Assembly (NCBI GenBank): GCA_973895155.1
Contig: OZ316896.1
Location: 14,418,684-14,482,683 of the forward strand
Source: Marsupella aquatica
Taxonomy: Eukaryota; Plantae; Marchantiophyta
Reading direction: 5' to 3'
DNA: 64,000 nucleotides
The notes below the pieces were generated by a model. The model was not told the DNA's origin, did not search any database, and was given only the letters and a program-made list of their open reading frames with translations. A program made the translations under genes and the position numbers. Of the stretch, positions 11,955 through 24,595 are shown one piece after another (position 1 is the stretch's first letter; the number at the start of each line of letters is the position of its first letter).

Positions 11955-12684
11955 CCGTCTTCCCCCGAACACAACACCTGGGAATTGTGTTCAAAAGTTG
12001 AAATTTTTTAGTCTTGGTAAGAAAAAGTAGTTTTAACTCGAATGCAACGTCATTTTAACACAACACCCGGGCGTTGTGTTCGAATATGGCGTTGTGTTCG
12101 AATGTGGCATTGTGTTTGAATATTCAGGGTTGTGTTTCAGTTTTTCCTAATCTTGACAGCATTGAGCACAAAAAGTGCAAATTCATGAATTACAATCAAA
12201 GCATAAGCAAAGTAAACAAAAAGCTGTTAATAATCTTCACATCTTGACAACAATGCTAGGAGCAATATTTCCCACACATACTCAATTGAAATGGCACTTG
12301 ACAACTCTGCAAATAATTACATCCATGTGCAAACCCATAGAAATCAGAGAATGATTTTCTAAGCCATTATTTTATTTTGCTTCACCAAATTTGGCCAAGG
12401 CTGAAATGGTCCGAAAGCATTAACCTTTCATTTCTGCTTATACCCTAAATTCTATGCCTATCATTTCTGCTTACATCCTAAATTCATCACAATGCCTAAA
12501 TTTGAACACAATGTCACTATTCAAATACAATGCCACAATTCAAACACAACGCCACAGGGTAAAAAAATTCCCAAACATAGTGTCGAAACTCAAACACAAC
12601 GCCCTGGGCGCACTATTCGAATATAACGCCCCATGGCCCACTATTCGAATATAGTGCCTGGGCGCTGTGTTCGGGGGAAGACGG
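11955..12684. mobile_element. 730-bp MITE, copy 2 (same orientation as copy 1)
   Basis: TIRs CCGTCTTCCCCCGAACACA / TGTGTTCGGGGGAAGACGG with TA on both sides (C-TA-G). Colinear and near-identical to 6360..7089. Confidence 0.9.
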
Positions 12685-14290
12685 TAGCACTCTTTGATCT
12701 CTGTTGGTATATGTAAACACTTTGTGAGTTTTTTCCTTTGTATTTCTATACATGGTTATGAGGTATTACCCCTAGGTGAAGACACGGAGCCCCTATGCAA
12801 GCCTGGCATGGGGTCAAACTGGAATGGGTGAGGTGCAAGTGACAGACAGTGACATATGAGACTTTTGCCATGTAAAAATGAAATGAATAGTTCAAAATTA
12901 CACATGGGCTTTACAATTGACAACTCATCCCCACAATCATGGAGATAATGTACTCTGACCCCGCCCCCGCCCCCGCCCCAGTGCCCCCCCAACCCCCTGG
13001 GGCCACCACCCTCTGGGATTACATCCCATTTACCCCTCTTGTGGATGGGTTGCCCTACACATTTTGCTCAGGCCCAGGGTTGTCTTTCCCCACCTGTGGC
13101 TTTGCCCCAATAATTTTAATGTACTGGTGAAATAATAATGGTGGTAGGATCCCATAATTCACTCCTATATCCCAGAGTAGGGTAGTGAGGAGTAATCCCG
13201 TATTCTTAAGTACATTAAAAATGTATAAAGATAGGATGGTAGAACAGACGTTCGTTCAGCTTTTCGTGGCCAACTTGGTTGAGTTCTTTAATCAAATGTG
13301 CAGATTTGATACCTACCTGTCCAGGTTAAATCATATATTCCGATTTGCAAATTGACTAGTCTTACGATACCTCGAAAGAATCATAATAGTGACGTCGTGG
13401 AGTAGCTAATCCATAGTATGCACGTAGAAGAATGACTCGGGTGTGTGTATAGGAAAGAATGGCTGTGGTTTTTTACAGGCGACTGTCCTGATGAAGTAGA
13501 ACATTGAGGCTCACTCGTTGAAGTTTTACCAACTTTTTGTAGAGACCATTACATTTCATACCATTACTTTCAGGGAAACGACTCGCAATAGCCAGCCCTT
13601 AAAATCTGAATCGATTCTTTATTCGATGTTCAAACATGCCTAATGCACGGCAGAAGGAATGTCAGCCCAGTCAGAGTGATCATTTGTTAGACGTTGGTAA
13701 TTTTCCTGTGTACTACTTCGAGTACATCTGTGGACAGAGAAACTACCCAAGCATTCTGAACTATCGCTTTGCTTGGTTCTGGTGGATAAGTACAGGATGG
13801 GCTTATTCTTCACAAATCTTAGCCTCAAGGTATCCTCATTATACTTGAAGTGTATTGCCAGTCCAACTCCATTGTCAAGAAATGTTATTCTGGGCTAAAA
13901 TCATCAATGTGGACGCTGTAGGTCAGAGCTTGTCTTTGATTGAAATTATACTTTTTCCGAGGTAAAGGTTAGCTTCTTTGAGAGAGATTCTTGATATACT
14001 TGGAGGAAGGGACCCGAAGGTGAGGCTAGACACGCACTTGTCAGGTTGATATGACGACTGAACTGCGAAGGTACATTAGTATATGAAATTTGGAGCCGGA
14101 CAAATTATGCGTTCCAACAGAAACATAATTATGAAGACAACCGTTAATTACGAGTTATGTACGTCTCGAATTGATGATTCAATCGTACTAAAACCCACAG
14201 TTGCACAACGTTTTCGCAATATGAATTCTAACTCGCGAGTGAACTTGACCACTGACTGGCTTCGCTTCTTCCACACTCAGTGCTGCTGAG

Positions 14291-14792
14291 ATTTCACCTT
14301 TCATATGTATTTGTGAGAGTGAGCATTGTGGAGCAGCACTAGGGAAATCGAGTATGCTTTTGCTATGACTCGTTGCAAAATGGGATTCACCAATTTGATA
14401 CAAGTTTGTGAGATTGAGCATTGTAGAGCGCGACTAATAAGATTCATTTTGCTTTTGTATTTGACTCATGCAAAATGGAATTTTACAATTTCATATGAAG
14501 TGGTGATTGTGGGGACTGTAAAGCAGCAATAGTGAGATCCAGTATGCTTCGCTGTGACTCGTTGCAAAAATCCAACAGAAGGCAATCTCGCCAGTACCTC
14601 ATATGATCCTCACTCGGAAGTGCAAGAAATGCAAAAAGGAATTCTACAATTTCATATGAAGCTGTGAGAGTGGGGATTGTAAAGCAGCACTAGTGAGATC
14701 CAGTATGCTTTGCTATGACTCGTTGCAAAAATTCAACAGAAGGCAATCTCGCCAGTACCTCATATGATCCTTACTCGTAAGTGCAAGAAATG
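14291..14792. repeat. Tandem repeat, ~160-190-bp unit x~3, just downstream of the TDP2 stop
   Basis: tttcatatg...gcagcaMtagKgaRatcSagtatgctt...tgactcgttgcaaaa recurs at about 14298, 14489 and 14650. The last two units are near-identical. Confidence 0.85.
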
Positions 14793-14875
14793 GGCCTGTG
14801 ACAATTTCTATAAGTACCAAAATCGTTGGCAATGAAGCCCTACAGAAGGTATCCGATATTGACCCGCAGAGCATT

Positions 14876-17765
14876 TCAAGCAGAAATCCTCTTAAGCTTT
14901 AGTAGAAGACCAAAATGATCACTGGGTAGCACTGGTAGAGTTATAAGCTGAACCTGACCCTTCACCTTTCGCTCTTTTTCATACGTTAGACCTGCAATAG
15001 GTTGCGTGCCTACCATCTCAATGCTTTCTACCTTAAAATCCCGCACATGGCAGAAAATACGATCCAGTCGTTTCTGCAGGGCGCGACCACCACCGAGCAT
15101 TGGATTGGCTTTGCTGTCGTATGTGAGACCTAGCTGTTCACAGACACACTTCAGTGATGAGAATAGCACGGGGAAATCATTGGGGTGACATATAAGAGAA
15201 ACATTCAACCGGTATACGATCATAACAGCGTGACCAAAGTACTGGTTTTGATAAGAATTTAAGCATGGAACAAGTACATATGAGAAGTTTCGGATGGACC
15301 AGTTGTGCCCCAGATTTTTAACTCAAAATCACTTTCAAAATATAGAATGTTAAAGAGCCTTTCAGGAAAACACAACAGTGATCAAATGGAACAGGATTCT
15401 ACCTGGGTGGGTTGAAACTTGGACCAGGCATCAAACCACCCTGGTGGAAGTGGTGGCGCACCATCCAGCTTGTCATCCCAATTCATGTCACCCCCAAAGA
15501 CAACATTTGGAAAATCCTTCATAAGTTTCAGAGCTTCATTTGCCTGAAAAACACGTTCTTTGCTGAACATCTGATTCCAAGTGGGTGGCGCTGGGCAGGG
15601 ACTTTCCAGATGTGTGGTGGCGACAACAAGTTGCTCTCCTGGTGCATGATCCAAATCCGCCATTGCCAGCTCTCTCCCCATGATGGAATTCTTGTACGGA
15701 TTACGGTGAAAGGCAGACACCGGCAATCTGCTCAGCTGTCACAAAAGGAGACCTTCGTTTTCAGAAGCATAGAGTATTAACTAGCACGTTGGAAACACAA
15801 TATACAACGGAAAGGAATAGAGGTAACGACCCTAATAGACTAACAAAAAGATGCCCAGTGACATGGCAAATTCTGAACTCAATCTGAAGTGTCCCTACTC
15901 GTCTCTGCGGCATGAAGGAAAAGCTTACCTGAATGCAGAAGTACGCCCTCTTTGATGCTTGAGTAGGTGTAACGGAACATTTGTAAAGGCTCCACCAACT
16001 TGACTTTTGAAAAATGAAATATATATTAGGGGTCACCTCCTGTACACCCACAGCATAAGAGTAAAGCGACAAAGACTTGACCTTTCTAAGCCCTGGCCTG
16101 CACTTCAAATGAGGAGTCTGCATAAACTTCCCCCAACAAATTGTCGCGGAACGTTCCTTCTAATACAGCCGGCTCTTCAGTTGAGGTCTGCATGGTGTCT
16201 TTGTAAGCTTGAGTATGTACTTCCATACATTTGCTTCCAAGCGGTGATAGCTGTCTACTTCCGATGCAGACATTTCCCCCATGGGGTCGGCTAGAGCGAC
16301 GAGGGTAAACCTACGACCACCATCAGGGATCCTCAGCCTCCAAATCTCACAGTACGGGAGGAAGAAAGTACCTGGAGACAGATCACATGTGGTTGACGGA
16401 GCTGAATTATCTTTCCTATGGCATTCATTCTGGCTTGCAACTCAAGATCCTCCCGAAACCAAACATTATGTGTCAAAATCACGATAGTGTCAACGACGTC
16501 GACGTTTGGACATGGACCTGCCGTCGCCTCTGACTTCTGTTGGGCCGAAGAGGAGTCCACAGCCAATGCAGATGTTGCTTGGTCATGGATCTGCTGGGTG
16601 CTCTTCTCCAGGTCTGGAGACCATAAATTATCAGATAAAACATGTAATCCAATACTGAAACGACAAGAAGAGCTCTGAAGCACAAATGGGCAGCAGGGAC
16701 AATACGATCGAGGTCTCTAAATTCAAATTGAATAATAAAGTTAGATCTAACTATCTGTAAGCCGGTCCTTCAGTCAAAGTGATTGAAGCTATTCCCAACT
16801 CATGCATCCCACTACCAAAACCTCGGCACCAGAGGGTGCTGCATGTTCCTCATAACATGGGGATGTCTTCACTAAGGCATTTCAAGTTGCGGAGCCCGGA
16901 GGCATAAAGACGTCGCCACGCCTTAAAGCCAACCTGAAGAAGCCATGCTTTTGTTGATCCTAGCCATCCTCTGCGTATGCAATTCTCCCAGCAACCTATT
17001 AGAAACCTCCAAGCTATTAGAGACCTCTCCATCTTCACCGGCGGGCATCTCTCTGAATCCATCCATTTCATTAGCATTCAAGCCTTCCTCGTCTTCGACA
17101 GCTACAGCCTTTCGCTTGCGGGAGATCATGTCCGACTCCTTCAGAAAAGAGGGAAGGTCATTCGACACGGCAGGATCAGCAGACCTTCCATCCGCAGTCT
17201 CAGGAGGTCTCTCCTTATCGGCATTACTTCTTTGAGAGGGGGCTCTGAGAGGCCTGAATTTCCCGGCCGGTCTAGTGACGTGCTCCGTAGAATGGTTTCG
17301 CTCCAATTCAGAAAACTCCGGCCGTGCGGTGTTACACATCTCACATGACGATTCTACGAAATGGTTGAGAAATGTGCACGAAGGACAAGACCATTCGGGA
17401 CCGGAATCCACAACAGGCTCAGGAGAATCCAATGCGCACATTCCACAAACTGAACCGCTGCCTTGATTGAGGTAGGTGCATCTCGGACAAGCCCAAGCCA
17501 TTGCCAGGCCACCCTGAGTTCTCAAAGAGCTGCAGATTCGAGCTTCAGATGCGGGCAAAACCCTCGTCCCCAAGTGGTTACTTCGAATAGCTATCACAGG
17601 AGCTCTGGACGGGGCTACAGTTGACGAGGCTGAGGCATTCACCGCGGGATTCACGGCAAGCGAAAAAACAAGGGATCGAATGTTACGGCCGAATCTTGGA
17701 GGCGGATTCACTTGCGAAGATAAAATATCGAGTCTAGCACTGAAAAACCGTGTAATCGAAAGCAT
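14876..17765 (-). CDS. TDP2: Tyrosyl-DNA phosphodiesterase 2-like protein (two RanBP2-type zinc fingers plus EEP domain), 5 exons
   Basis: Approximate exons 17765 (or 17501)-16934, 16613-16372, 16039-15929, 15735-15403, 15133-14876, all GT-AG and in frame. Motifs WACPRCTYLN and WSCPSCTFLN (RanBP2 fingers), THNVWFREDLE, ICLQ|EVT, TTHLESP, GGDMNWDD, TYD, RLDR, PSDHFGL. Confidence 0.9.
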
Positions 17766-19320
17766 AGGGGGCAACAGAGGAATCAGAATGTATCGCCTTC
17801 GTCACACAGGCTAACACAAACGCACGCAGGAACGAATAGAAGTCATAACCAATGTCCCCCAATGCCTGCTTTCAAACAAAACAAGAATTCACTCCACATC
17901 AGCTTCTCCTATCACATTTTGAAAATCAAACCTCAAAGAAAAAGCTAAGCAGATATGCCGGAGGAAGTTCCCTGTAGGTCAACCATGGCCGGTGCTACTT
18001 CAATCAACGATAACATGTTGAAATCATGGCGTGGTAATTGCTTCTCTATCACTGATGCTTACTTGAATGATGATGCAAAGTTTGAAAGAAAAGAGGAAAT
18101 GTATCCTGAGATACGTTCACAGATTCGCTCACCTTTAGTACACCGTCAGCGCAACTGGTTAGAGGATATCATCCACCAGGGCAAGAGATCACATGTTCTG
18201 CCAACATTGGATTCTCAGCAACTACACCTAGAATTTGGATCGTTCAGCGCAAAAACGTCAGCTACGGTGCACAAAAACGTCATCCAAGTCGTCATTCAAG
18301 CTATATATATACCCAGGCACAAGAATTCTTCGCATCATCCCCCACGCCTTTCGGATTTACGAGTGCTACAAGCGTTCAGGCATTTCAAACGACGCCGATC
18401 CCAAACCGACGAGGCAAACGAACGATCTCACTTCTAACAAGAACATCAAAGAACCGGGGATTTAATGGTCGCAGAGAAGAGAACAGAAGAGAACCGAAGA
18501 GCACAGAAGAGAACAGACGAGAACAGAAGCGAACAGAGGAGAACAGCAGAGAAAGAAGAGAAGAGGGCAAGAAACGACTGAACCACCTCGGCCGCCACCG
18601 TTCACATCCCTAGCAACGTACCAAGCGAAAATCTAAACCAGAGAACACTCCACAAAGTCCCACTGGTGTGAAATCACGTCGTAAGCTCCTACTCCATACA
18701 TCAGCGCACCCATTCACCACCACCCCAGTAGAAGTAATCTGAGTAGGAAATGATGACGATATCAAGCTCCGCGCAGCAGCAGAAGCCCGGACGACGACGG
18801 AGAGGAGCGCCAAGAATCCAGAATCATCACTCTCTGATCTGGCAACTATTCCAGCGCACCGCGGGCCCGCACCGCCTCCACCTGCACCCGTTCGTACGCC
18901 GAGAAGGATGCGGAGAAGGAGGAGACGAGAATCGAGAGCAGAGGAAAGGAAAGGAAAAAAGGAAAGAAAGCGTGATGATGCGAAACCCGACTGCCCCGCT
19001 TTCAAGGAATGAATGAAATCTCTCAAAATGAATCAGAGCATTGAATGAATTGCTGCGATTCTTCTTTCCTTCAAAGCCAAAAAGACTGCCCCACCGGCGC
19101 TACAGCTTGTAGCAGCAGCAGTAGCGGTACGTGAGGAAGCACCACCTCATCGCTACCGAATTCCGATCCCATTCCCAATCCTCTCTCTTCATCGCCGTAG
19201 AGCGGACGAGATTCAAAACTCGGGCAAGTGAAGGAAATGAGAAAATGTACACAGAGAACGTTCGTAAAAGTCTGTTGGAGCAGAAGAAGAGGACGAAGAA
19301 GAAAGACGAAGACGAAGACG

Positions 19321-20260
19321 AAGACAAAATCGAATACAGTACGTAACTTCGTACGTATCAAGCGCCAACTGACATACTGCTGTACAGGAAATGACATGAC
19401 ATTTTATTACTATAGGGATTATCATGTTGGCTCGAAAATTAATTACCTGGAGGTACCCAGAATTATGTGGTCACAATATATAGGAGGAAGACAAGACGAA
19501 GGGGCATACGGTATGCATCTTTGTAAATGTATCAAGCGCCAACTTACATACTACTGTACATGACATGACATGACATGACATTCCATTCCATTCCATTACT
19601 ATAGGGATTATCAAGCTGGCTCAAAACATAAATAATCAGGCCATAACCAAAATTATGTGGTCACAATAAATCGGAGAAAGACTAAGACAAAGGTGTATAC
19701 AGTAAGTAAGTTTGTATAAATCAAGCACCAGCTGACATACTACCGGCATACTACTGTACATGACATGACATTACCATAGGGACTATCAAGTTGACTCTTA
19801 AAATAACCAGGCCTTAATATATATCAAACAGCCAAAGAACAAAAATGCCTGACCAGGAGGCACTATCCCAAAGGCAAAAGACCCAATGAAATACCCTAAC
19901 TATGTGGTCAGGCAATATATAGGAGAAACTAAGACAAAGGCACATACAGTATGTAAGTTTGTGTGTATCAGCGCCAACTTACATGCTACTGTACATGACA
20001 TTTCACAGGGACTATCAAGTTGGCTAAAAAAACAAATAACTGGCCCCCTAACCAGAATTATGTGATCACAATTGGCTGAACAATACGTAAAAGACAAAGA
20101 AGAATAAGAAGAGGGTACAATACAGTATGTAATTTTGTATGCATCAAACGCCAACTTACATACTATTGCAAATGACATGACATTCCATTACCATAGGGAA
20201 TATCATGTTGGCTCAAAGAATAAACTACCAGGCTGTAACCAAAACTATGCTGTCACAATA
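19321..20260. repeat. Diverged tandem array, ~170-250-bp unit x5, with partial units downstream
   Basis: Core tacagtaYgtaa...tcaagcgccaactKacatact..tgtacatgacatgac...atagggaYtatca.gttggctc...tatgtggtcacaat starts at about 19321, 19493, 19684, 19931 and 20120. Fragments recur near 20412, 20514 and 21426. Confidence 0.85.
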
Positions 20261-22186
20261 GGCTGAACAATAGGCTTTGTGGCAATAGTGTGTACAATTT
20301 GTCAACTTGCTGAGCTATACAATCATCACGATATTGTTCAATGTGGTTGGGGTCCATTTTGGGGGCCATCACAATGCTAAACTGTTCAGCCAACCAGGCT
20401 AGTTACCAAAGCTATGTGGTCACAATACTTTGAACAATGTGGAGGACAATACTACGCGCAATAAGGTTTGATAACATTTTTGGGGCCCCCACTACCAAGT
20501 CGCATACCAAAGTTATGTGGTCACAATAATGTGAACCATATGACAAAAAAATTTCACAGTAAGGTATAGAATAGTGCACACTCAAAGGTTTGGGGCCATT
20601 TGGTGAACACCCCCATACCCACCTAAGTCACAATATGGAAAAAAGTAAATCCTGGATGGACCGAGGGGTTTGCTTTGAAGGCCCCATGAATTTTCCAAAA
20701 CTGGGAGGGACTCACTCAGAACATCAAAATCTGCTTGGATAGCACTCTTCACAGTTTTGACTCATATGTGACCTGTAAGTCATGGCTCACGCAAACTAGT
20801 GAGGGCATCCTTCATCAAAGTGAAGCATCCTTTCCCAAATTGGTAAGTTGGTGCTTGTGCCCAAGTATTGAGGGAGTTCTTCACAAAAGTGAAGCGTCAG
20901 TTAACAGTTAGTTCATAATATTTGACCATCTTAGCACTCGTCGGCAATGGACCAAATGGTTTCAGAAAAAAAATGAAACTTTGTCAGTCAATAGATTGGA
21001 CATCAGAGAACATGCTAGAAAATTTTGAGCTGAAACAAAGATCCAAAACTTGTTTAAATAAACACACAGTCAAGTTTGCTAAAAACTAGCATTTTACAGT
21101 TGGTTGAGACACCTGGGAAACCCACTCGGCTATCCTTCTCAAAAGTGAAGCGTCTTTCTTGAGATAGCCCGATAATGTGGAATTTTGGGAGTAAAGTGTA
21201 CATAACTCCCCAAATGAGGGCCTTAGCTGGAGTTTTGAGGGGCTGTTATTGCCTGTAATGCCCTTGTAGCAGGGGATTAATACACTTAAATCACATTTTA
21301 TTTGGGTTATGGATCAAAACCCCCTAACAAGCCTGGCCCTAGGGGTATTTCAATTCAATTGTTGAGGTTTGAGCACCACTGGTCACACTTGACCAAAGAG
21401 CTCTTTGGTCACAAGAACTAACCAATGTACATGACATCACATTCCATTACAAGTACATATTAAAAACCCAGCTGCTGCCTATACGCAAACACACCACCCC
21501 TCACTCCTTCCACTCTTTGCCTTCATTTGCCTACCTGGCAGACAATCCCCATCATTGTTGGGGTGAAATTACCATGGGCAACAACCCATGGAACCATGGC
21601 ATAAGGCAGGCTTACACGGGATGTATCTTTTCCAGCGTCAAGTGCCTAACCCGGTCTATGACCAAATGGTCACACACTCACACATTACTGGAACTATCAA
21701 TGGGTTGAAATTGGGGTATTGTACTTTCACCTACCTCACTGATAGATGACACTGATTACATTCCCTTTCCATCAGCAAATGGCTTGTTATAATTCATTCT
21801 GTGCCCAAGGTCTAGTTTTGACTGCCTTGGGTCCATGTGGTCAGCGGGTGGCGCTGCAATGTCCAGTTATCTTGTTCTTTGGTCCCAGGGTTTGTACATG
21901 TGGCGCATGGTCACCTTTACTTTAAATTCATGACGAAAGACAAGATCGAGGCTCATAATGAGCCTCTCGTACGTTTTCGCCGCCCACTGCTCGCACTTGC
22001 TAGAGTCACATACTACGTTTTTGCCTGCCCGTACTAGTTTTTGCCGCCCGTACGCTAATGTCAGCATTTCGCTAGCCCACTTCAAAATGCTTGCACTTGT
22101 ATTTTTTTCAAAGTCACATTTTTTCTAAGTGTGACTAGAGTGTGAATGATCCCCACTTTTGGGTGGGGTGAATGACAAAAGCACCT

Positions 22187-22260
22187 TATGTTGCTAACCA
22201 GATTTAAACCTGAGATCTGTTGCATCCCAAAGGAGCTGCTCTACCATCCAGCCTTGGGGC
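22187..22260 (-). other. Degenerate tRNA-like sequence (possible SINE head or tRNA pseudogene)
   Basis: The minus strand reads GGCTGGATGGTAGAGCAGCTCCTTTGGGATGCAACAGATCTCAGGTTTAAATCTGG, with A-box-like and B-box-like motifs at tRNA spacing. Stems are imperfect. Confidence 0.3.
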
Positions 22261-24420
22261 AGTTGGTGTCCAGGCTGATTCGCTCTAGGTATTCAACCAC
22301 ATACTCACGTCAGAAATACTGGGCAGCGGGCAGTCACGTACAGGGCTAATCAATGCTAATCACATTGATTCGCCTCGATCTTGCCTCTCGTTCTAAATTA
22401 CTTTAAAAGGAATGAAAAATGGAAAGTCAAGTCCATGACGAAGTGGTTGGTCACACACAATTGAACCTAGTTATTTGCTTAGTTTAGTATAAATGATGTT
22501 TGATCATTTAATTACTCCAAATTCTCTTAGCTGGTCAACGTGTCCCCCTCGGTCCCCAATGGTGACACAAGACCTAATGTACTAGAGAATGGAATTGTAG
22601 TTATTTTTGTCATAAACAACCCCCTACCGCAGAAAGCATGGGCCTCCCATAACCTCTACTTTTCTCCCGCTTTGGTCCAAAAAAGTTACGGTAAGTCAAC
22701 CAGGGTTAGCGTTATGGGCATAGGATGGACAACTTTGGCTTACCAGAGTGGTTGGACTGCCAGATTTGATGTTTATTACTTACCATTTCAGGACACGTCA
22801 CTGTGTAGACGAGAACCATGTTGGGTCAGAAAATGTGGTGAATGCAAACTTGGGAAGTTAGGGAGATCTGAACAACTACCAAAAGCCTTGTGCAAACATG
22901 CGCACACTGCACTCAAGATGCAAATCATGCCAGGTTACAAGAAAGTAATCAACTCACAAGGCACTCTCATTCCCAGACAACCTTCATTCTGAGGACTCCC
23001 GTAGTGCAGTATGATTTTAATGCCTCGTGCAGGTTTAATATTACTCACTTGATCTAAGTTTACTAATCACCCCTAAAACATATAGTGAGACTTAAGGACT
23101 ATCCTAAATTATATCTTTACTCTAAATTTTAAGAAGAAGGTCATTCTCTTTGTGTCCTACTTCTTAAATTGCAATGGGTCCCTTTCATATATACATCTAG
23201 CATACTGTTGCCTATCCTAAAAAAAAGAGTTTTTTCGTGAGTACGTGTGAAGATCAGGGTGGCCAAAATCTTATTAGTCAAGATTTTTAGAGACCAGTGT
23301 TGAGGTAGACTTTGTTTCAACTTCTACTTCATTAAATTCCCATCAGGATTTCCATTCAACGCAAAAAGAAATCAATGTTTGAGACCACTATCACCAACAG
23401 GATGTTCTTTGATAAATGGTAGGAAATGGAATGGATCCAATGAAAGTATAAGTATTGAAATAGCATACAAAAAAAGAAGAAATATTCCTTAGGGTTGACA
23501 ATGAAAGGAAAATGTTTAGCTGGGGGATACCATTACTATTTGTTAAATCTGCACCTACCCTGCCAGAACACACCACTTGGTTTGAAGGTTGAAGATCTCC
23601 TGTCTTGGTAATCAATCTTCAATTACCAAGATTGATAGGTAATGTCTTGGTTACCAATGATAATGACAGGTAATCAAAGACATTACCTGTCATTGATTAC
23701 CAAGACAGGAGCCCTTGGTTTATGTTCTGGCTGTATGGAGGTCATGATTAGGTGTAGATTTCCTTGGAAATGATTAGGTGTAGATTTAACACCAAGTGAT
23801 ACCATTTTTGGGCAGTCCCCACTCTCTGTGTACTTTTGGAAAATTTATGCTGTTGATGAGTCTTAGGGAAATAACCATATTTATTACCCTTAAAGTGTGA
23901 AAATGACAAAATACCAGAGGATGAGTTCCCTTCTTTCTCATGATGGCTGTCAATCCATCACTCTTTTCTGATTTAGGAAAGAACAAACCCTACTGTAGAT
24001 GGTGTGTTTTTTTTTTCTTTATTCTCAGACAACCATTGTAAGGCTGTAAAATAAGAAACAGTTGTGTATGAGACACGGGAGTGGTATTTTTGTAAACTTT
24101 AAAGGCACTTTGGTAAATTTGGCCATACTCCGTATGAGACCAAACTCCTATAAAGCTACATGGCTTTGATGGAGAAAAGTTGTCACATCTTGCCAACCAC
24201 CTAGAAACCTAAAGTGGAGAGTGGTCCATTATCCCAAACTATCCCTTGGATCTTTCCCTAAACCACTAGTGTCCCTGAGGTTGTGGGAGGACAGAATAGT
24301 CACTTTTCGGCCACTTTTTTTGCTTTGTTAAGAACATTTTTTCACTAATTGTGGTACTTGTGTCCAGCAGGTTTTGCTTTGGGGAAGACCAAAGACATTG
24401 ATAAGAGTGTATAGTCTGAT

Positions 24421-24595
24421 GTGCCTAAGTGCACGCTCCTTGGAAGACACCCCAAGCAGTTATCCATGGCATGCAGTATGGTATAAGTGCATGGGAAATC
24501 ATGTACGCACTTCCATATCTGTGTAAGGTAGGCATTACCTAATAAGTGCATGAAAAATCATGTATATATGTCTTTATGTGTGTTATCAGGTCACA
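24421..24595. repeat. Dispersed repeat, homologous in opposite orientation to ~61565..61732
   Basis: gtgYctaagtgcaSgctcctWggaagacaccccaagc...gcagttatccatg...ataagtgcat...tcaggtcaYac matches the reverse complement of 61565..61732. Confidence 0.7.

Noticed and set aside
6360-12684. The two 730-bp direct repeats as LTRs of the enclosed retrotransposon
   Set aside because: They lack TG...CA ends, each has its own TIRs and TA duplication, and a separate LTR with PBS lies at 7670..7793.
17955-19026. ORFs 17955..18437 (+) and 18610..19026 (-) as genes
   Set aside because: No recognisable domain. The second lies in low-complexity GA-rich sequence next to a GAACAGAAGA stutter.
19321-20260. CRISPR-like reading of this array and those at 1861, 5816 and 31490
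   Set aside because: The context is eukaryotic, units are homologous along their whole length with no unique spacers, and there are no cas genes.
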